A stretch of DNA of 60,802 nt from IMG/VR virus record IMGVR_UViG_3300025127_000031, positions 1 to 60,802 of that record; one strand, given 5' to 3'. The position numbers were made by a program, and so were the translations under genes. The stretch comes from a virus (lineage: Duplodnaviria; Caudoviricetes). Positions within the stretch are counted from its first letter, which is position 1; the number at the start of each line of letters is the position of its first letter. Below are positions 26,350 through 36,730 of this stretch, piece after piece. The notes under the pieces are model-generated. The model did no database searches. It was not told where the DNA came from and was given only the letters and a program-made list of their open reading frames with translations.

Positions 26350-29300
26350 TATTTAAAAAATACACTATAATCCATATCACCAATATACTCGCCATCATCT
26401 TCAGAACCATCGTCTCCAAATAGATCAAAGTAATTTCCAAAATCTTCTTGTTCTTCTTGTTCATCTCTTTCAATAGCTGTGTCAAAAACGTTGCTTCCTG
26501 TATCACCAAACAATGCACTTATATCTGCTAAGGCTTCAAAAGGATCTGTTGAAATTTCTTTTAGTTCAAGATCACCAGAAAGAGCTTGAGTTAAAAATCC
26601 TAAATCAGCTCGGTCTATGTCATCTGGCATAAAGTCATTGTAAAAATCATCGGCAGTACCTCCATAACCATATTGTTTAAATGTTTGAAATAAAATATCT
26701 TCATCAGGATCTTCTAAATCTTGCTTATCTTCTTCTCGTTGAATATAACTAACACCTAATTCCTCTTGTGTAGGTGTACGTCCTTTTTCATTTAAATATT
26801 TAATACCTTCTCTGTATGCTTTTGCGTCACTTGATTGCAATGTTTCAATAATTAATTCTCTAACAGCTTCAATTTCTGTTGAGTAATCATCAATATCATA
26901 AAGTTCTAGTAATTCTTTCCAGGCTGGATCGTTTTCATCAGGATTAATTCCTTCTAATAAAGCATCTGCAAGCTCTTCTGGTGTTGTAAATTCTGAAAAT
27001 ACATTACCATCTAATGCAATTTTTTCTTGTTCTAATAAAGGTAACAACTCTTCATTTGCTTGATCTTCAATATCTTTATATGTAATTGCATCACGAGCAG
27101 GATCAAAACCATAGTTTTGTCCAACTACTTCATAATGTAATCTTGCAAATTGATCAGGATTTTTTAGATCAATACCATAGTAATAAGCGTAATCATTCCA
27201 GGTAATCCCTTGTGGATAAGCATTTGATATGGTGCCTTCAATTACAGCATTACCATTAGTTTTTGCTTCATTCCAATCGGCTGCAACTTTTTCTGCTTGT
27301 AAAACATAATCTTTATATTTTGCATCATCTTCTGCCCAACCACTATTGTCTCCTGCTAAAGGATTCATATAAAAAGTTGTTTCAAAAACTTTATCTTCTG
27401 CTTTATAAATGCTATCTAATCTGTTTCTAGCATACGTTGCAGCTACATCTGTAATAGCTGTTAAGCCTGTTTCAGTTTGTAAAATATTTTGTTCATCTGG
27501 ATCAAGCGAATCCATATATGAAATGAATTCATCCATAGATTTTGATTGATCAAATCTAGGTTTTAAATAATCTTCAATAAAAGAATTTTTAAAATCTTCT
27601 TCTAACAAATAAAGACGATTATATTTATTTTCTACTTCACCTGTTGGATTTCCATCTTCATCTAATATTGGTATAGTTTCAGAAAAAGCTGCCATAGCTT
27701 CTTCTTTTGTCGTATTTTCTTCTAAGTTATAACGATCCATTAAAGCCTTCCAGGCTTCTGGATCATCGTTAGGATCTAATCCTTCTATTGTTGCCTGTGC
27801 TTCACTTTCAATCGTGGCAAGATTTTTATAACGTTCTGTAAATTCTTCTTCAAACCATTTTTCCCAATTAAAAAGTACACTGTTATTAGATATTCCTGTA
27901 ACGCCTGATAATTGACTTTCTAAATTTTGTTGTACTTCTTGTGTGTCATATCCAAGAATAGATAAATACCCACCTATTCCTGAATCTCCTAAAATAGAAT
28001 TTGCAATACTTTCATTTGCACTAAAAATTTCATCATATCCAGGTATGCCTCGAAGCATACTAAGTTCACTTTCTTCTTTTTTGACTTCTTTTAATTTGTC
28101 ATAAGAAGTTTTAAAAGCATCTAAAGCAAGCTGTTGAAATTGATCTTGTAATTCTAAATCTTTTGTTCCATATACATTAAAGACACTTGAACCAACAGCA
28201 CTAGTTCGAGCGTTGTTTAAAAAATCTGTATTTAAAACAGGTGTTTGTGAAGCAATCTGAGGTTGATCTGTTCTTTTTAGTTCTTGCTCATAAATAATAT
28301 CTCCTGCTTCATTTCGCAAAGGCTCTCCGTCTCTATCAAGACGTGGAATAGGATTGCCAGCCTCGTCTAAGGAGTTGATATAAATAAGATCTCCATTAGC
28401 ATCTCTTTCAGGTTCATAAACAATATTGCCAGCTTCATCTGTTTTATATTCAATTTCATATAGAAGTTTAGGTATGGGTATTGGGTCTCCTTCATCATCT
28501 AAAATTTGATTTCCTTCTTCATCTGTTGCATATAATGTATTTCCTTCTTCGTCTGTTTCGTAAACAGGATTACCTTCTTCATCTGTTTCATATTGAAAAA
28601 TCTCAACCTGTCTCGGCCTAGGAGTTTGTGCTCCTGTTTCAGGGTCTACGTCATAAATAATATTTCCTGCTTCATCTCTTTCAAAGAAATCAGATGTGCC
28701 TCCAGAGGGATCAATACCGAATTTTAAACTGTCTTTAAATTCTTCGTATGTTTGAGTAGCTGGATCATACGCTGCACCACTAAGGCCTAATCCATAAGAA
28801 CGTAGAATTTCTTTTTCTGCATCAGTAACTGTTTCTGTATATGCCTTGGCTGCAGCAGTTTCTTGTTCTTCAGTTACACGATGTTCAAGCGGATTAAAAT
28901 CAGCTGATTTAGATGCTTCTGTAAAATACTTTGAAAGATAGCCAACAGGAATTTTATTTCCATTTACATCTATTGCTCCATCTAATCCATATTTATATGT
29001 ATAATCTAAATCTTCAACTGTTCTTCCATCACTTGCTGAAAAAGTTGCATTCTTTAAATATTCATTGGCAGCATCCTGTCCATATGATGTTCTAATATAA
29101 TAATCAGCATCAAAATAACTATATTCAGGATCCATTAAAGGTGCTTTAGCACCGTCTTCTTTAGTGTTCCAGCGTTCTTCATTTGGTATACTATTTGCTA
29201 CATAAGCAGCATCAATAAGACCTGTAGGATTTCCTTTTGCATCTTTTGTGCCTACAAAATTATTTAATACAAACTGAAGATCATTAGCATTAGGATCGTT

Positions 29301-29957
29301 TTCATTGCGAAATCTAAGTTTAAGCTCATCGATTAATGTTTTATAGTCTCCAGCAGAATTATTATTTATTGCATTGGCAAGATCTTGGAAATTATTTTTA
29401 TAGTCTCCACCAATGTATTGTGTGTTAACACTTAATTTTCCATTATCATCAAGACTAAAAATAGCAGTAGTGGGTAATATTCTTCCTTCATTTTTTCCTT
29501 TTTGATCCCAGTGTTGCTGTCCAAATAATGTTTTACCTGCGTCATCTTTTGAGTAATAATTAGTTTTATTACCGTCATTCCATACAAAAGCGTTACTTGG
29601 CTCTATATGATTGTAAGCTGCTCCGCCTGCAAATCCTATCTCTCCAAGCCAACCGCTACCTGAATAATAATCTTGGGCAAACCGTTCAAAAGCAGCATTT
29701 GTTGCTGCTTGAGGATTACTTGCATATAAAGTTTTATTTGGATCTACAAGTCTTAAATAGCGATTGAATACAGTGCCTTCATATGTAAGATTCGTAATGC
29801 CAGGAGCACTAATAGTTACAGTTGTTGGCGTGTTTACATTTTCATACCAAAAATCAATCACACCATATTCTTGACCATAATTTAGCCAAGATGCGGTGCC
29901 TTGTGTAATAGAATTTAAATCATTTTCACGATTTACATAATCTTTATATAGACTCAT
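26349..29957 (-). CDS. Large acidic protein with D-E-x-G-N repeats (probable virion protein)
   Basis: 1202 aa; about 10 (Y)xxDExG(N/D) units. Confidence 0.8.
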   Translation of the reverse strand: MSLYKDYVNRENDLNSITQGTASWLNYGQEYGVIDFWYENVNTPTTVTISAPGITNLTYEGTVFNRYLRLVDPNKTLYASNPQAATNAAFERFAQDYYSGSGWLGEIGFAGGAAYNHIEPSNAFVWNDGNKTNYYSKDDAGKTLFGQQHWDQKGKNEGRILPTTAIFSLDDNGKLSVNTQYIGGDYKNNFQDLANAINNNSAGDYKTLIDELKLRFRNENDPNANDLQFVLNNFVGTKDAKGNPTGLIDAAYVANSIPNEERWNTKEDGAKAPLMDPEYSYFDADYYIRTSYGQDAANEYLKNATFSASDGRTVEDLDYTYKYGLDGAIDVNGNKIPVGYLSKYFTEASKSADFNPLEHRVTEEQETAAAKAYTETVTDAEKEILRSYGLGLSGAAYDPATQTYEEFKDSLKFGIDPSGGTSDFFERDEAGNIIYDVDPETGAQTPRPRQVEIFQYETDEEGNPVYETDEEGNTLYATDEEGNQILDDEGDPIPIPKLLYEIEYKTDEAGNIVYEPERDANGDLIYINSLDEAGNPIPRLDRDGEPLRNEAGDIIYEQELKRTDQPQIASQTPVLNTDFLNNARTSAVGSSVFNVYGTKDLELQDQFQQLALDAFKTSYDKLKEVKKEESELSMLRGIPGYDEIFSANESIANSILGDSGIGGYLSILGYDTQEVQQNLESQLSGVTGISNNSVLFNWEKWFEEEFTERYKNLATIESEAQATIEGLDPNDDPEAWKALMDRYNLEENTTKEEAMAAFSETIPILDEDGNPTGEVENKYNRLYLLEEDFKNSFIEDYLKPRFDQSKSMDEFISYMDSLDPDEQNILQTETGLTAITDVAATYARNRLDSIYKAEDKVFETTFYMNPLAGDNSGWAEDDAKYKDYVLQAEKVAADWNEAKTNGNAVIEGTISNAYPQGITWNDYAYYYGIDLKNPDQFARLHYEVVGQNYGFDPARDAITYKDIEDQANEELLPLLEQEKIALDGNVFSEFTTPEELADALLEGINPDENDPAWKELLELYDIDDYSTEIEAVRELIIETLQSSDAKAYREGIKYLNEKGRTPTQEELGVSYIQREEDKQDLEDPDEDILFQTFKQYGYGGTADDFYNDFMPDDIDRADLGFLTQALSGDLELKEISTDPFEALADISALFGDTGSNVFDTAIERDEQEEQEDFGNYFDLFGDDGSEDDGEYIGDMDYSVFFK
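28511..28592. repeat. 30-bp tandem coding repeat (~3 units)
   Basis: T(T/A)CCTTCTTC(A/G)TCTGTT at 28511, 28541 and 28571; encodes YETDEEGN units. Confidence 0.85.
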
Positions 29958-30319
29958 TACGCTACAGCGTTTTCGCTATCTAAATTTCCATTTATAAAGT
30001 CTAACGTATTTGCTTGAACCCAGCTTTTAATTGCATCGTATTTTTCTTCAATAAAGAAATCTTGTTTTTGATACCAAGCTTTCATTTCTTCTGATCCTTT
30101 ATTAGCATTACATCGTCTGCATGCAGGAACTAAATTATGACGGCCACTACAGCCTGATTTATATTTTGGAATAATGTGATCCAAAGAGGTAGCATCTGCT
30201 CCGCAATAAGCACATTTATGGTTCCACTCTTTATATATCTCTTCTCTAAATCGTTTCTTGGCTAATCGAGGCGACAGTTCAACAAGGAGGGCGAGGGGTT
30301 CGTGCTCCGTTTTGAACAT
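29957..30319 (-). CDS. HNH endonuclease
   Basis: CAYCG...LDHIIP...NLVPACRRCNANKG. Confidence 0.9.
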   Translation of the reverse strand: MFKTEHEPLALLVELSPRLAKKRFREEIYKEWNHKCAYCGADATSLDHIIPKYKSGCSGRHNLVPACRRCNANKGSEEMKAWYQKQDFFIEEKYDAIKSWVQANTLDFINGNLDSENAVA

Positions 30320-30397
30320 GTTTTTCTAGCCGTTATCTCATTTTAAGTGAAGTAAACTTCATAAAAAGTAATCGGGTTTAAATTAAAATAAACAGGG

Positions 30398-30425
30398 TTG
30401 ACGTTTTATTAATTGAATTTACCTT
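30398..30425 (+). promoter_or_regulatory. Possible sigma70 promoter
   Basis: TTGACG-N16-TACCTT, 23 nt before ATG 30449. Confidence 0.35.
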
Positions 30426-30448
30426 AAGTATGTAGTTTCTACACGATC

Positions 30449-30709
30449 ATGTCAAAGAAAATCTGGTTTCCTGTGAAGGAAGCCTTGGAAGAATTGCAAA
30501 TTGAGCGCAAGCAGCTTTTCCGTATGAGAGATGACGGGACGTGTAAGCTTGGAACGCATTATGCCGCATTCCCTGAGACTAGGTCAAGGGACAATTATCG
30601 TTGGAATGTTCCCAAGGTTAAAAAAATTCTGAAAGAACAAGAGGCTAAGCAGAACACAGAAGTAATCTCTGTTTCTTTTGACAACCGGTTGTCTTCTGAA
30701 GCCGCCTAG
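30449..30709 (+). CDS. Excisionase-like winged-HTH protein
   Basis: WFPVKEALEELQIERKQLFRMR...GTHY...YRWNV. Confidence 0.6.
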   Translation: MSKKIWFPVKEALEELQIERKQLFRMRDDGTCKLGTHYAAFPETRSRDNYRWNVPKVKKILKEQEAKQNTEVISVSFDNRLSSEAA

Positions 30710-31085
30710 CAGGGGTGTAATAAATTTTACGAACTTTATGAGCCAGGAGGACATCATCTATCTGTGATACAAGACCTGTGTCTTGAGCTTGAGAAAGTGC
30801 TTCAGAGAGTGCGTTCCAGCAGCTCTTCATTCTGGGGGGCTGCTTTTCTTTGAGTTGAAACAAGAAAACCCACTGAGGATGAAGTGGGCGAAGCGGTCTT
30901 TTTTTATGTTTAAGACTAATACTGTTGTCTTCGTTCCAAATAAAATGTTTTAACTCTTCTGGATGTTTACCATAAACGGCAACCATACCATAAAGCCAGG
31001 CAATTTTTTCTAAATTTGGTTTAGCTGCTAGAGAAAAGAACTCGTCTAGAATTTCTTGATCGCGAGGCACGCTACGAATAGTCAT
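30645..31085 (-). CDS. Degenerate tyrosine-recombinase-like fragment
   Basis: WLYGMVAVYGKHPEEL resembles box I (W..GM.ATYGLRPHE) but lacks Arg; RPLHPQWV..F.L; no HxxR or Tyr box. Confidence 0.45.
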   Translation of the reverse strand: MTIRSVPRDQEILDEFFSLAAKPNLEKIAWLYGMVAVYGKHPEELKHFIWNEDNSISLKHKKRPLRPLHPQWVFLFQLKEKQPPRMKSCWNALSEALSQAQDTGLVSQIDDVLLAHKVRKIYYTPARRLQKTTGCQKKQRLLLCSA

Positions 31086-31205
31086 GGCTTATGTCGCTAG
31101 TGAGCTTACTATACCCATAAGGGTCGTTTGTCTGTGAATGAAAACTGTCATCTCAAGAAACCTTCAGGTAACTTGATGTAAGTATTCTATATTATTAAGA
31201 TTTAC

Positions 31206-32858
31206 TTATGACTGACCACCTGAGTCAGGTTTTTGGCCAGAGGCTGGAATATACGCCACACCGTTTTTGTCAAACATAATGAACTGCTGAAGCTCGATAA
31301 ATTCAGTGGGAAAGTTAAACAACTTCTGTAACATTGGTATCATTATTGGTGACTGACAATTATACGGAGGTATGTCCATATGACTGACACCATATTCAGT
31401 AAATGAATTGAATGAATCTTTTTGTTCTTTAATTGTTTTATCAATTAAATTATTTTCCCATTCAGTCATTAAACCTGCATCGATAGGAAAATCAGATGGT
31501 TCAGTAGGGAACTCATCTGCAAGATATTTCATTGCATAAATATGTTTGCAATAACGATATTGATCCAATACATAAGTCCAATCATCTGAAATTTCTGTAA
31601 TGGCTAAACCACTCTGTTTATAATCACCATATTTTGGCATCCCTTCTGCCACTTGGGTTGTTGAGGGGTTATCACCGAAACCACGTCTGTAAATTTTACC
31701 GAAATCAGCAAATTGTCCAGGGACATCTCGATACAACGTCTTTGGATCTCTAACGTCTTTAGTTTCACCACTTACACCAATACCAACCAATTGGTATCCA
31801 CTTGGTGCAACAATAGTTAAACTTCTGTTTTGTACTATCTTCTCATTGACTTCTGTCATCATGGCATTCGACAGCTGTCCTAATTCATAAATTTCTTCTG
31901 TACGTCCAGGTTTTAAAGTAGCTACGTTAGTCCTTGGGAATAAAGGTTTTCTTCTAACACCTAAATTAGATAAGTAAGCATAATCGCGACGTGTAAAATC
32001 TTGACATGAACAACAATAACGTGGGCCTGTTTGAAAGAAACGTCCTGAATGTGGAGGAATTCTTGATGGTGTAGCTAGTATTCCATCAATCGTTCCTTGT
32101 ACAGAACCTAATTTTTCTAGTTTTAAAATGCCTTGGTACTGGTCTACGTCGATTAAAACAGCTTGAACAAAACCAAAACGACGGTTTGTAGCTGGATCTC
32201 GACTATCAATTTCAATAGCTGTACCAGATACGGTTAATATTTTGTCTTCTAAAATATCCCCATTAATTGGTTTTAATGTTTTTGTTGTACCTGAAAAGGT
32301 AACAAACAATGGTGGAGGAACTGGATTAATCGTACTAAACGTACCACTCAATTGGATATACCAATAATTTTGATTGTCTTGTGGTACACCAAGGAACAAA
32401 GTGTTCTTGGAAACTTCTCCTGAAATAGCTAATAAGGTTCCAGTTCCATCATCAAGGCGATCAAATCTAAGGTTGCCTGGATGTATTTTACCTGCCCAAT
32501 GAATTCCTAGTTCTTTATTCTTAGTTGGGAAACCTCTAAATGTCCCTGAAAGCTGAGGCTCTCTTGCACCTATTTGATCAATAGCTCCTGATGTTGTAGG
32601 GATAATGTAAGCAAAATTATATTCATAGGCTGTGTTTTTTAAATTAGCGGTTCCTAATTCATAGCCACGTCGCCAACGAGACCAGGTTGACTCTCGATCA
32701 ATAGTATATAAAGAGTTTGGAATAGAGCCTCCAAAAACTCCTTCGATTGGTTCAACACGATATTTTTCAATCTTTGGCCCACTTTTGTCAAAAGATTGTT
32801 TTTTAAAATTACCAAACCCATTAGAACCGCCAAATGGATTTGATTTTTTGCTAGCCAT
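31206..32858 (-). CDS. Hypothetical protein with split SWIM-like Zn finger
   Basis: CSCQDF ... ~150 aa ... YCKHIYA. Confidence 0.7.
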   Translation of the reverse strand: MASKKSNPFGGSNGFGNFKKQSFDKSGPKIEKYRVEPIEGVFGGSIPNSLYTIDRESTWSRWRRGYELGTANLKNTAYEYNFAYIIPTTSGAIDQIGAREPQLSGTFRGFPTKNKELGIHWAGKIHPGNLRFDRLDDGTGTLLAISGEVSKNTLFLGVPQDNQNYWYIQLSGTFSTINPVPPPLFVTFSGTTKTLKPINGDILEDKILTVSGTAIEIDSRDPATNRRFGFVQAVLIDVDQYQGILKLEKLGSVQGTIDGILATPSRIPPHSGRFFQTGPRYCCSCQDFTRRDYAYLSNLGVRRKPLFPRTNVATLKPGRTEEIYELGQLSNAMMTEVNEKIVQNRSLTIVAPSGYQLVGIGVSGETKDVRDPKTLYRDVPGQFADFGKIYRRGFGDNPSTTQVAEGMPKYGDYKQSGLAITEISDDWTYVLDQYRYCKHIYAMKYLADEFPTEPSDFPIDAGLMTEWENNLIDKTIKEQKDSFNSFTEYGVSHMDIPPYNCQSPIMIPMLQKLFNFPTEFIELQQFIMFDKNGVAYIPASGQKPDSGGQS

Positions 32859-32861
32859 TTA

Positions 32862-33656
32862 TCAATAGAAGCCACCTTGCGCAATAATGTGAGCACCAGG
32901 AATATAACCGGAAGCTGTGTTATACACACCTCGTTGAAGAACGCCTACATAAAGTCGATCACCACGTTGTAGATAAATACCACGATTTTTTAAAGGTGTC
33001 TTAGGACCTAAACCAGTAGTATTTCCTTGTTGTGGTACAGGTGTTGCTAACTCAGGCATAACATCTGAACAGTCAACAAAACCAGAATTACTAGGTACTG
33101 TTTTGCTAAACACAGGGACATAATCACCGTCTCCTGGAATTGGAACCGTAGTGCCGCGAGTGTGGTAGACAACAAAAGTAACAGCGGGAAGATTAGTAGA
33201 ACTTAAAGAATTAAACGTAAAACCAGAAGCAGTGGGGCTTGCTACACCTGAAAAATGAATAGCAGTATTGACAACGTTTAACGCTGTATCGCCTGTATAT
33301 GTGTAATATCCTTGTCCACTTTCAGCAGGTGTCGTTAAAACACCTGTATTTTCTACGTAAACAATCTGACCTTTTGTTAAACCAATAAAAGTTCCTGAAG
33401 TATCTGCATTAATGGTGTAATCAATATGAACAGCATCTGAAGTATCATCACGAACAATAGTAATTGAATCAACAACACCACCACTATTATTATCGGAGCT
33501 TAAGGTTGCATCCATGTCAACCAATAAACCAGGACTTTGTCCACCTTGAACATTAAGGTCTGTGTTGTTGCCAACAACCTGATTAGTCAGTCGTGTGCGT
33601 GCCAGCAACGGACGATCAACAAAAACAGGTTGCTTATTAGTATTAGTTGCTGTCAT
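32862..33656 (-). CDS. Probable virion structural protein
   Basis: 264 aa, beta-rich, within the structural block. Confidence 0.65.
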   Translation of the reverse strand: MTATNTNKQPVFVDRPLLARTRLTNQVVGNNTDLNVQGGQSPGLLVDMDATLSSDNNSGGVVDSITIVRDDTSDAVHIDYTINADTSGTFIGLTKGQIVYVENTGVLTTPAESGQGYYTYTGDTALNVVNTAIHFSGVASPTASGFTFNSLSSTNLPAVTFVVYHTRGTTVPIPGDGDYVPVFSKTVPSNSGFVDCSDVMPELATPVPQQGNTTGLGPKTPLKNRGIYLQRGDRLYVGVLQRGVYNTASGYIPGAHIIAQGGFY

Positions 33657-33690
33657 TTAATTGCTGTTCTTATCTATCTATTTTATCGTA

Positions 33691-34287
33691 CTATGGATAA
33701 AACGTATCATAACTTTGCATCAGTCTAGCCGCATCTCTTTTGCTCTGATTAGTAAGCGTTTGCAATAACTTACCAAAGTCATAGTCAGAAGGAGTAGATT
33801 TAAGAGAGTTGTTAAGGAGTCGCCCTAGCATAAGTTGTTCAAACTCTTTTTCTGGATTTCTTGCTTTTTGTTTTTGGGCTTCAACAGTAATGTTATATGT
33901 GTCTCCTGCTTGTTTTGCTGTAGTATCATCTAAATTAACATTAGTAAAAGCAGGATCTGTTGGATCATAAACTGACCAGGCTCCAAAACCTTGTTGATCA
34001 CGAATAATTTTTGCAGCTCTTGTATTCGTATCTAAATCGTATAATTGTTCATTTTTTTCAATTCCAAATTGTTTACGTCGCTCAGGACCCATGTCCCCAA
34101 TCATATTGATTTGAAAAGTCCCATAGCTTAAATCTCCAGTACTTGCATCGGGGTTTAATGCTAGTCGATTAAAACCAGACTCTCTCCGAGCAATTTCAAT
34201 CATTGTTGGAAGCTCTTGCGGAGAAAAGCCTGCTTTTAACAATGATTCGGCTAATTGTTTTTTAGTAACGTAAGACGGTGATGTCAT
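33691..34287 (-). CDS. Lytic transglycosylase (SLT-like), probably virion-associated
   Basis: IARRESGFN..A.N, SYGTFQIN, N..AA, GFGAW. Confidence 0.8.
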   Translation of the reverse strand: MTSPSYVTKKQLAESLLKAGFSPQELPTMIEIARRESGFNRLALNPDASTGDLSYGTFQINMIGDMGPERRKQFGIEKNEQLYDLDTNTRAAKIIRDQQGFGAWSVYDPTDPAFTNVNLDDTTAKQAGDTYNITVEAQKQKARNPEKEFEQLMLGRLLNNSLKSTPSDYDFGKLLQTLTNQSKRDAARLMQSYDTFYP

Positions 34288-35732
34288 TTCTTTTTCTTCT
34301 CCAACTCTTTAAGATACTCTTGCATAAAGGCTTGTTCTTCTAGTATTTGAGTTGCTTGAGCTAGCTGTGCAAGGCCTTGCTTTTTATTGCCTTCAATTAC
34401 CTGTGTTCGTGCATCTTTATCAGTCATTGTATAAGGCATTTGAACACCACCACCTTTAACAAAACCTTCCATAGTTGCTGGATAGCCTTCAGGGAACATA
34501 CTGGTTTTAATACCGCTCATTTGCGGATTAAAGGTCCGGTCTGATGCCATCGGTGTTTGGAAGTTGCTATAAAGATGTGGATTATGTGCTTTATGAATAG
34601 CTAAACCAACATCTCTTACTTGGTTCATTTCGGCTTGTGTTTTAGCAGCACCACGGCCTTGTTCATACAAAGCCATTTGATACTGCATAGGATTTGTATC
34701 AATGGATTGCTCAGCGGAAGCAGGAAGGTCTTGGTTGGGATTAAAAGAAGGTAGTGGATTGGCAGATCCACCAGGGAGATTACGGATTGCTTCCATGTCA
34801 AGGTCTGCGCCTTGTTCTCTATCATATTGTTGTGTTCGATAAAGCTCTTCTGCACGTTTTGCTTCAGGGGAATCCATTGTTCCATCTGCTACTGTAGCTG
34901 GTGCTCCCAGTTCAAGTGCTGTTAAACCTAAACCGGTCAAACCAGCAACACCCAGCCCTCCTGCAGGTAATACTCCTTTTACTGCATTTAAAGTTTTACC
35001 TGGGAACATTAATGCGGCGTTTAACGCAGCTTGTCCATAGTTTCCTTGTCTTAAATTGTTAATAACCTGAGCTCCTTCAAACGCTTGAAAGCTTCTTCCC
35101 AATAACCCCATAGGGCCTTTAGGTGCATATTGACTAATTTGTTGAATTAAGTTTTTATTAGTCCCTTTAGTAACAATTGGTGTATTGCCAACAATAGGGT
35201 TAGTTCCTCCAAAAGCTGTTATAGGTTGTACTTTTTGTCCACCTGAAGGGATGCTTGGTCCGGGTTTAATTTTTGAAGGAGGTAGTCCGGGGCCTTGAAA
35301 AGTAGCGTTTAAATTTGGTTGAAATGGACCAGTAGTAGCTCTTGCTCCACGGGGGTTGATTAAATCATATGATCGGGTAGCACCAGGAACTTGAGGTGCT
35401 CTAAGTGCTCCAGTAGATGCCTGTCCTCCTAAAGGACGGGCTGCATCATCAAGACGCGATGCCATTTGAAAATTTCTTTGCAGTTGATTTCTCGCCGCTT
35501 CTCTTGCTGCCCCTGGAGGCATCTTGGCAACATCACTGACTTGTCCTATCAGATTTGTTGGTGCATTTTGAATGCCTGCACCTTGAAATTTTCCAGGTAA
35601 AGCACGTTGAAGTACGTCATCTACCTGTCCAAACAATGCTTTATATGTATTTGGATTTACAACATTATCAATAACAGATGCAGCATTGGGAAGCTTGCGA
35701 CCGTATTTCAAAAAATCTAAAGGAGAAGGCAT
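34284..35732 (-). CDS. Gly/Pro/Gln-rich hypothetical protein (internal virion?)
   Basis: 482-aa ORF with a hydrophobic Gly-rich segment. Confidence 0.7.
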   Translation of the reverse strand: MPSPLDFLKYGRKLPNAASVIDNVVNPNTYKALFGQVDDVLQRALPGKFQGAGIQNAPTNLIGQVSDVAKMPPGAAREAARNQLQRNFQMASRLDDAARPLGGQASTGALRAPQVPGATRSYDLINPRGARATTGPFQPNLNATFQGPGLPPSKIKPGPSIPSGGQKVQPITAFGGTNPIVGNTPIVTKGTNKNLIQQISQYAPKGPMGLLGRSFQAFEGAQVINNLRQGNYGQAALNAALMFPGKTLNAVKGVLPAGGLGVAGLTGLGLTALELGAPATVADGTMDSPEAKRAEELYRTQQYDREQGADLDMEAIRNLPGGSANPLPSFNPNQDLPASAEQSIDTNPMQYQMALYEQGRGAAKTQAEMNQVRDVGLAIHKAHNPHLYSNFQTPMASDRTFNPQMSGIKTSMFPEGYPATMEGFVKGGGVQMPYTMTDKDARTQVIEGNKKQGLAQLAQATQILEEQAFMQEYLKELEKKKK

Positions 35733-35734
35733 GA

Positions 35735-36214
35735 TTATCTAGTCGTAGCGTGAAGGTAGATGTTTGCGCCGATTGCAGTATCAGCAGGGCCAGGTAATGC
35801 CTGGATAAATTCAGCTCCTGATCGCTCGTAGCGATACCGAGCTTGCATAGGATCCTTATAGTTAGGAACATAAAGAATCTGAGCAAGACGATTGGTCTCA
35901 TACATATAGACCTCGTCCCAAAGCTTCAGAGCTTCTTTAATACTGCTTGAACGAATCGTACGATCAACGTCACCTATGATCCCTTCAACTCGTGTGCTAG
36001 GTACTTGGAAAGTGTCCTCAAACGAAGCAAGTTGAGTTTTCTTTTCAGCTGCATCACAACGACCAATCTGAAGAACTATTTTGTCGTGGAACACTGCATC
36101 TGGAACAGAATTTAATGACTCTTCCAAACGTGCATAATCACCAGCTGGAACACTAACAACGTAGTAACCCAGATGATATCGAATACGACTTTTATTAAAA
36201 TCAGATAGTTGCAC
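35735..36214 (-). CDS. Putative head-tail adaptor
   Basis: 159 aa; SRIRYHLGY N-terminus; position downstream of capsid genes. Confidence 0.55.
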   Translation of the reverse strand: MQLSDFNKSRIRYHLGYYVVSVPAGDYARLEESLNSVPDAVFHDKIVLQIGRCDAAEKKTQLASFEDTFQVPSTRVEGIIGDVDRTIRSSSIKEALKLWDEVYMYETNRLAQILYVPNYKDPMQARYRYERSGAEFIQALPGPADTAIGANIYLHATTR

Positions 36215-36254
36215 TGTAAGCCGCCGGTATTTTTTTATTATACTTTGCGTTAAT

Positions 36255-36277
36255 AAAAAAAGCCCCGAAGGGCTTTT
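36255..36277 (-). terminator. Rho-independent terminator ending the capsid operon
   Basis: Minus strand AAAAGCCC-TTCG-GGGC-TTTTTTT directly after the stop at 36279. Confidence 0.85.
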
Positions 36278-36278
36278 A

Positions 36279-36689
36279 TTAAACTCTAACTAAATCGGCG
36301 GCAAAAACAGAATCCCAATCAACACGTTTAATTTGTTTTAATTGATCCAAACTGTGAAATCTTTCACCCGACAATGAAAGTTGTAAGTCTTTAATTTCAC
36401 GAGCTGTTTTTAAACCAATTCCTTTAATATGATCAGCAATCATTTGGGCTGTTGCTGAATTGATATTAAGGCGTGTTTCAGGAGGGAATTTACGAATTTC
36501 TTCTTTAGCTGCAGCGTCTTTTACTTGAAGAGTTTTAACTTGTTTAGTTGCCTTTTGATCGGGAACAACTTCAGTTTTATAAGCGGTAAATACACGACCG
36601 TCTTGATCTTCGATCATAAACCAATCGCCATCATCCCACTCGCTAACAACTTTAACTCGCGCTCCTGTTTTTACGTGCTGATAAAGCAT
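36279..36689 (-). CDS. Helix-hairpin-helix (ComEA-like) DNA-binding protein
   Basis: RLNINSATAQ...IKGIGLKTAREI...F.SLDQLKQI. Confidence 0.8.
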   Translation of the reverse strand: MLYQHVKTGARVKVVSEWDDGDWFMIEDQDGRVFTAYKTEVVPDQKATKQVKTLQVKDAAAKEEIRKFPPETRLNINSATAQMIADHIKGIGLKTAREIKDLQLSLSGERFHSLDQLKQIKRVDWDSVFAADLVRV

Positions 36690-36730
36690 AAGGACCAGAT
36701 TAAATCTCTGGTCCTATATTACATTAATTA

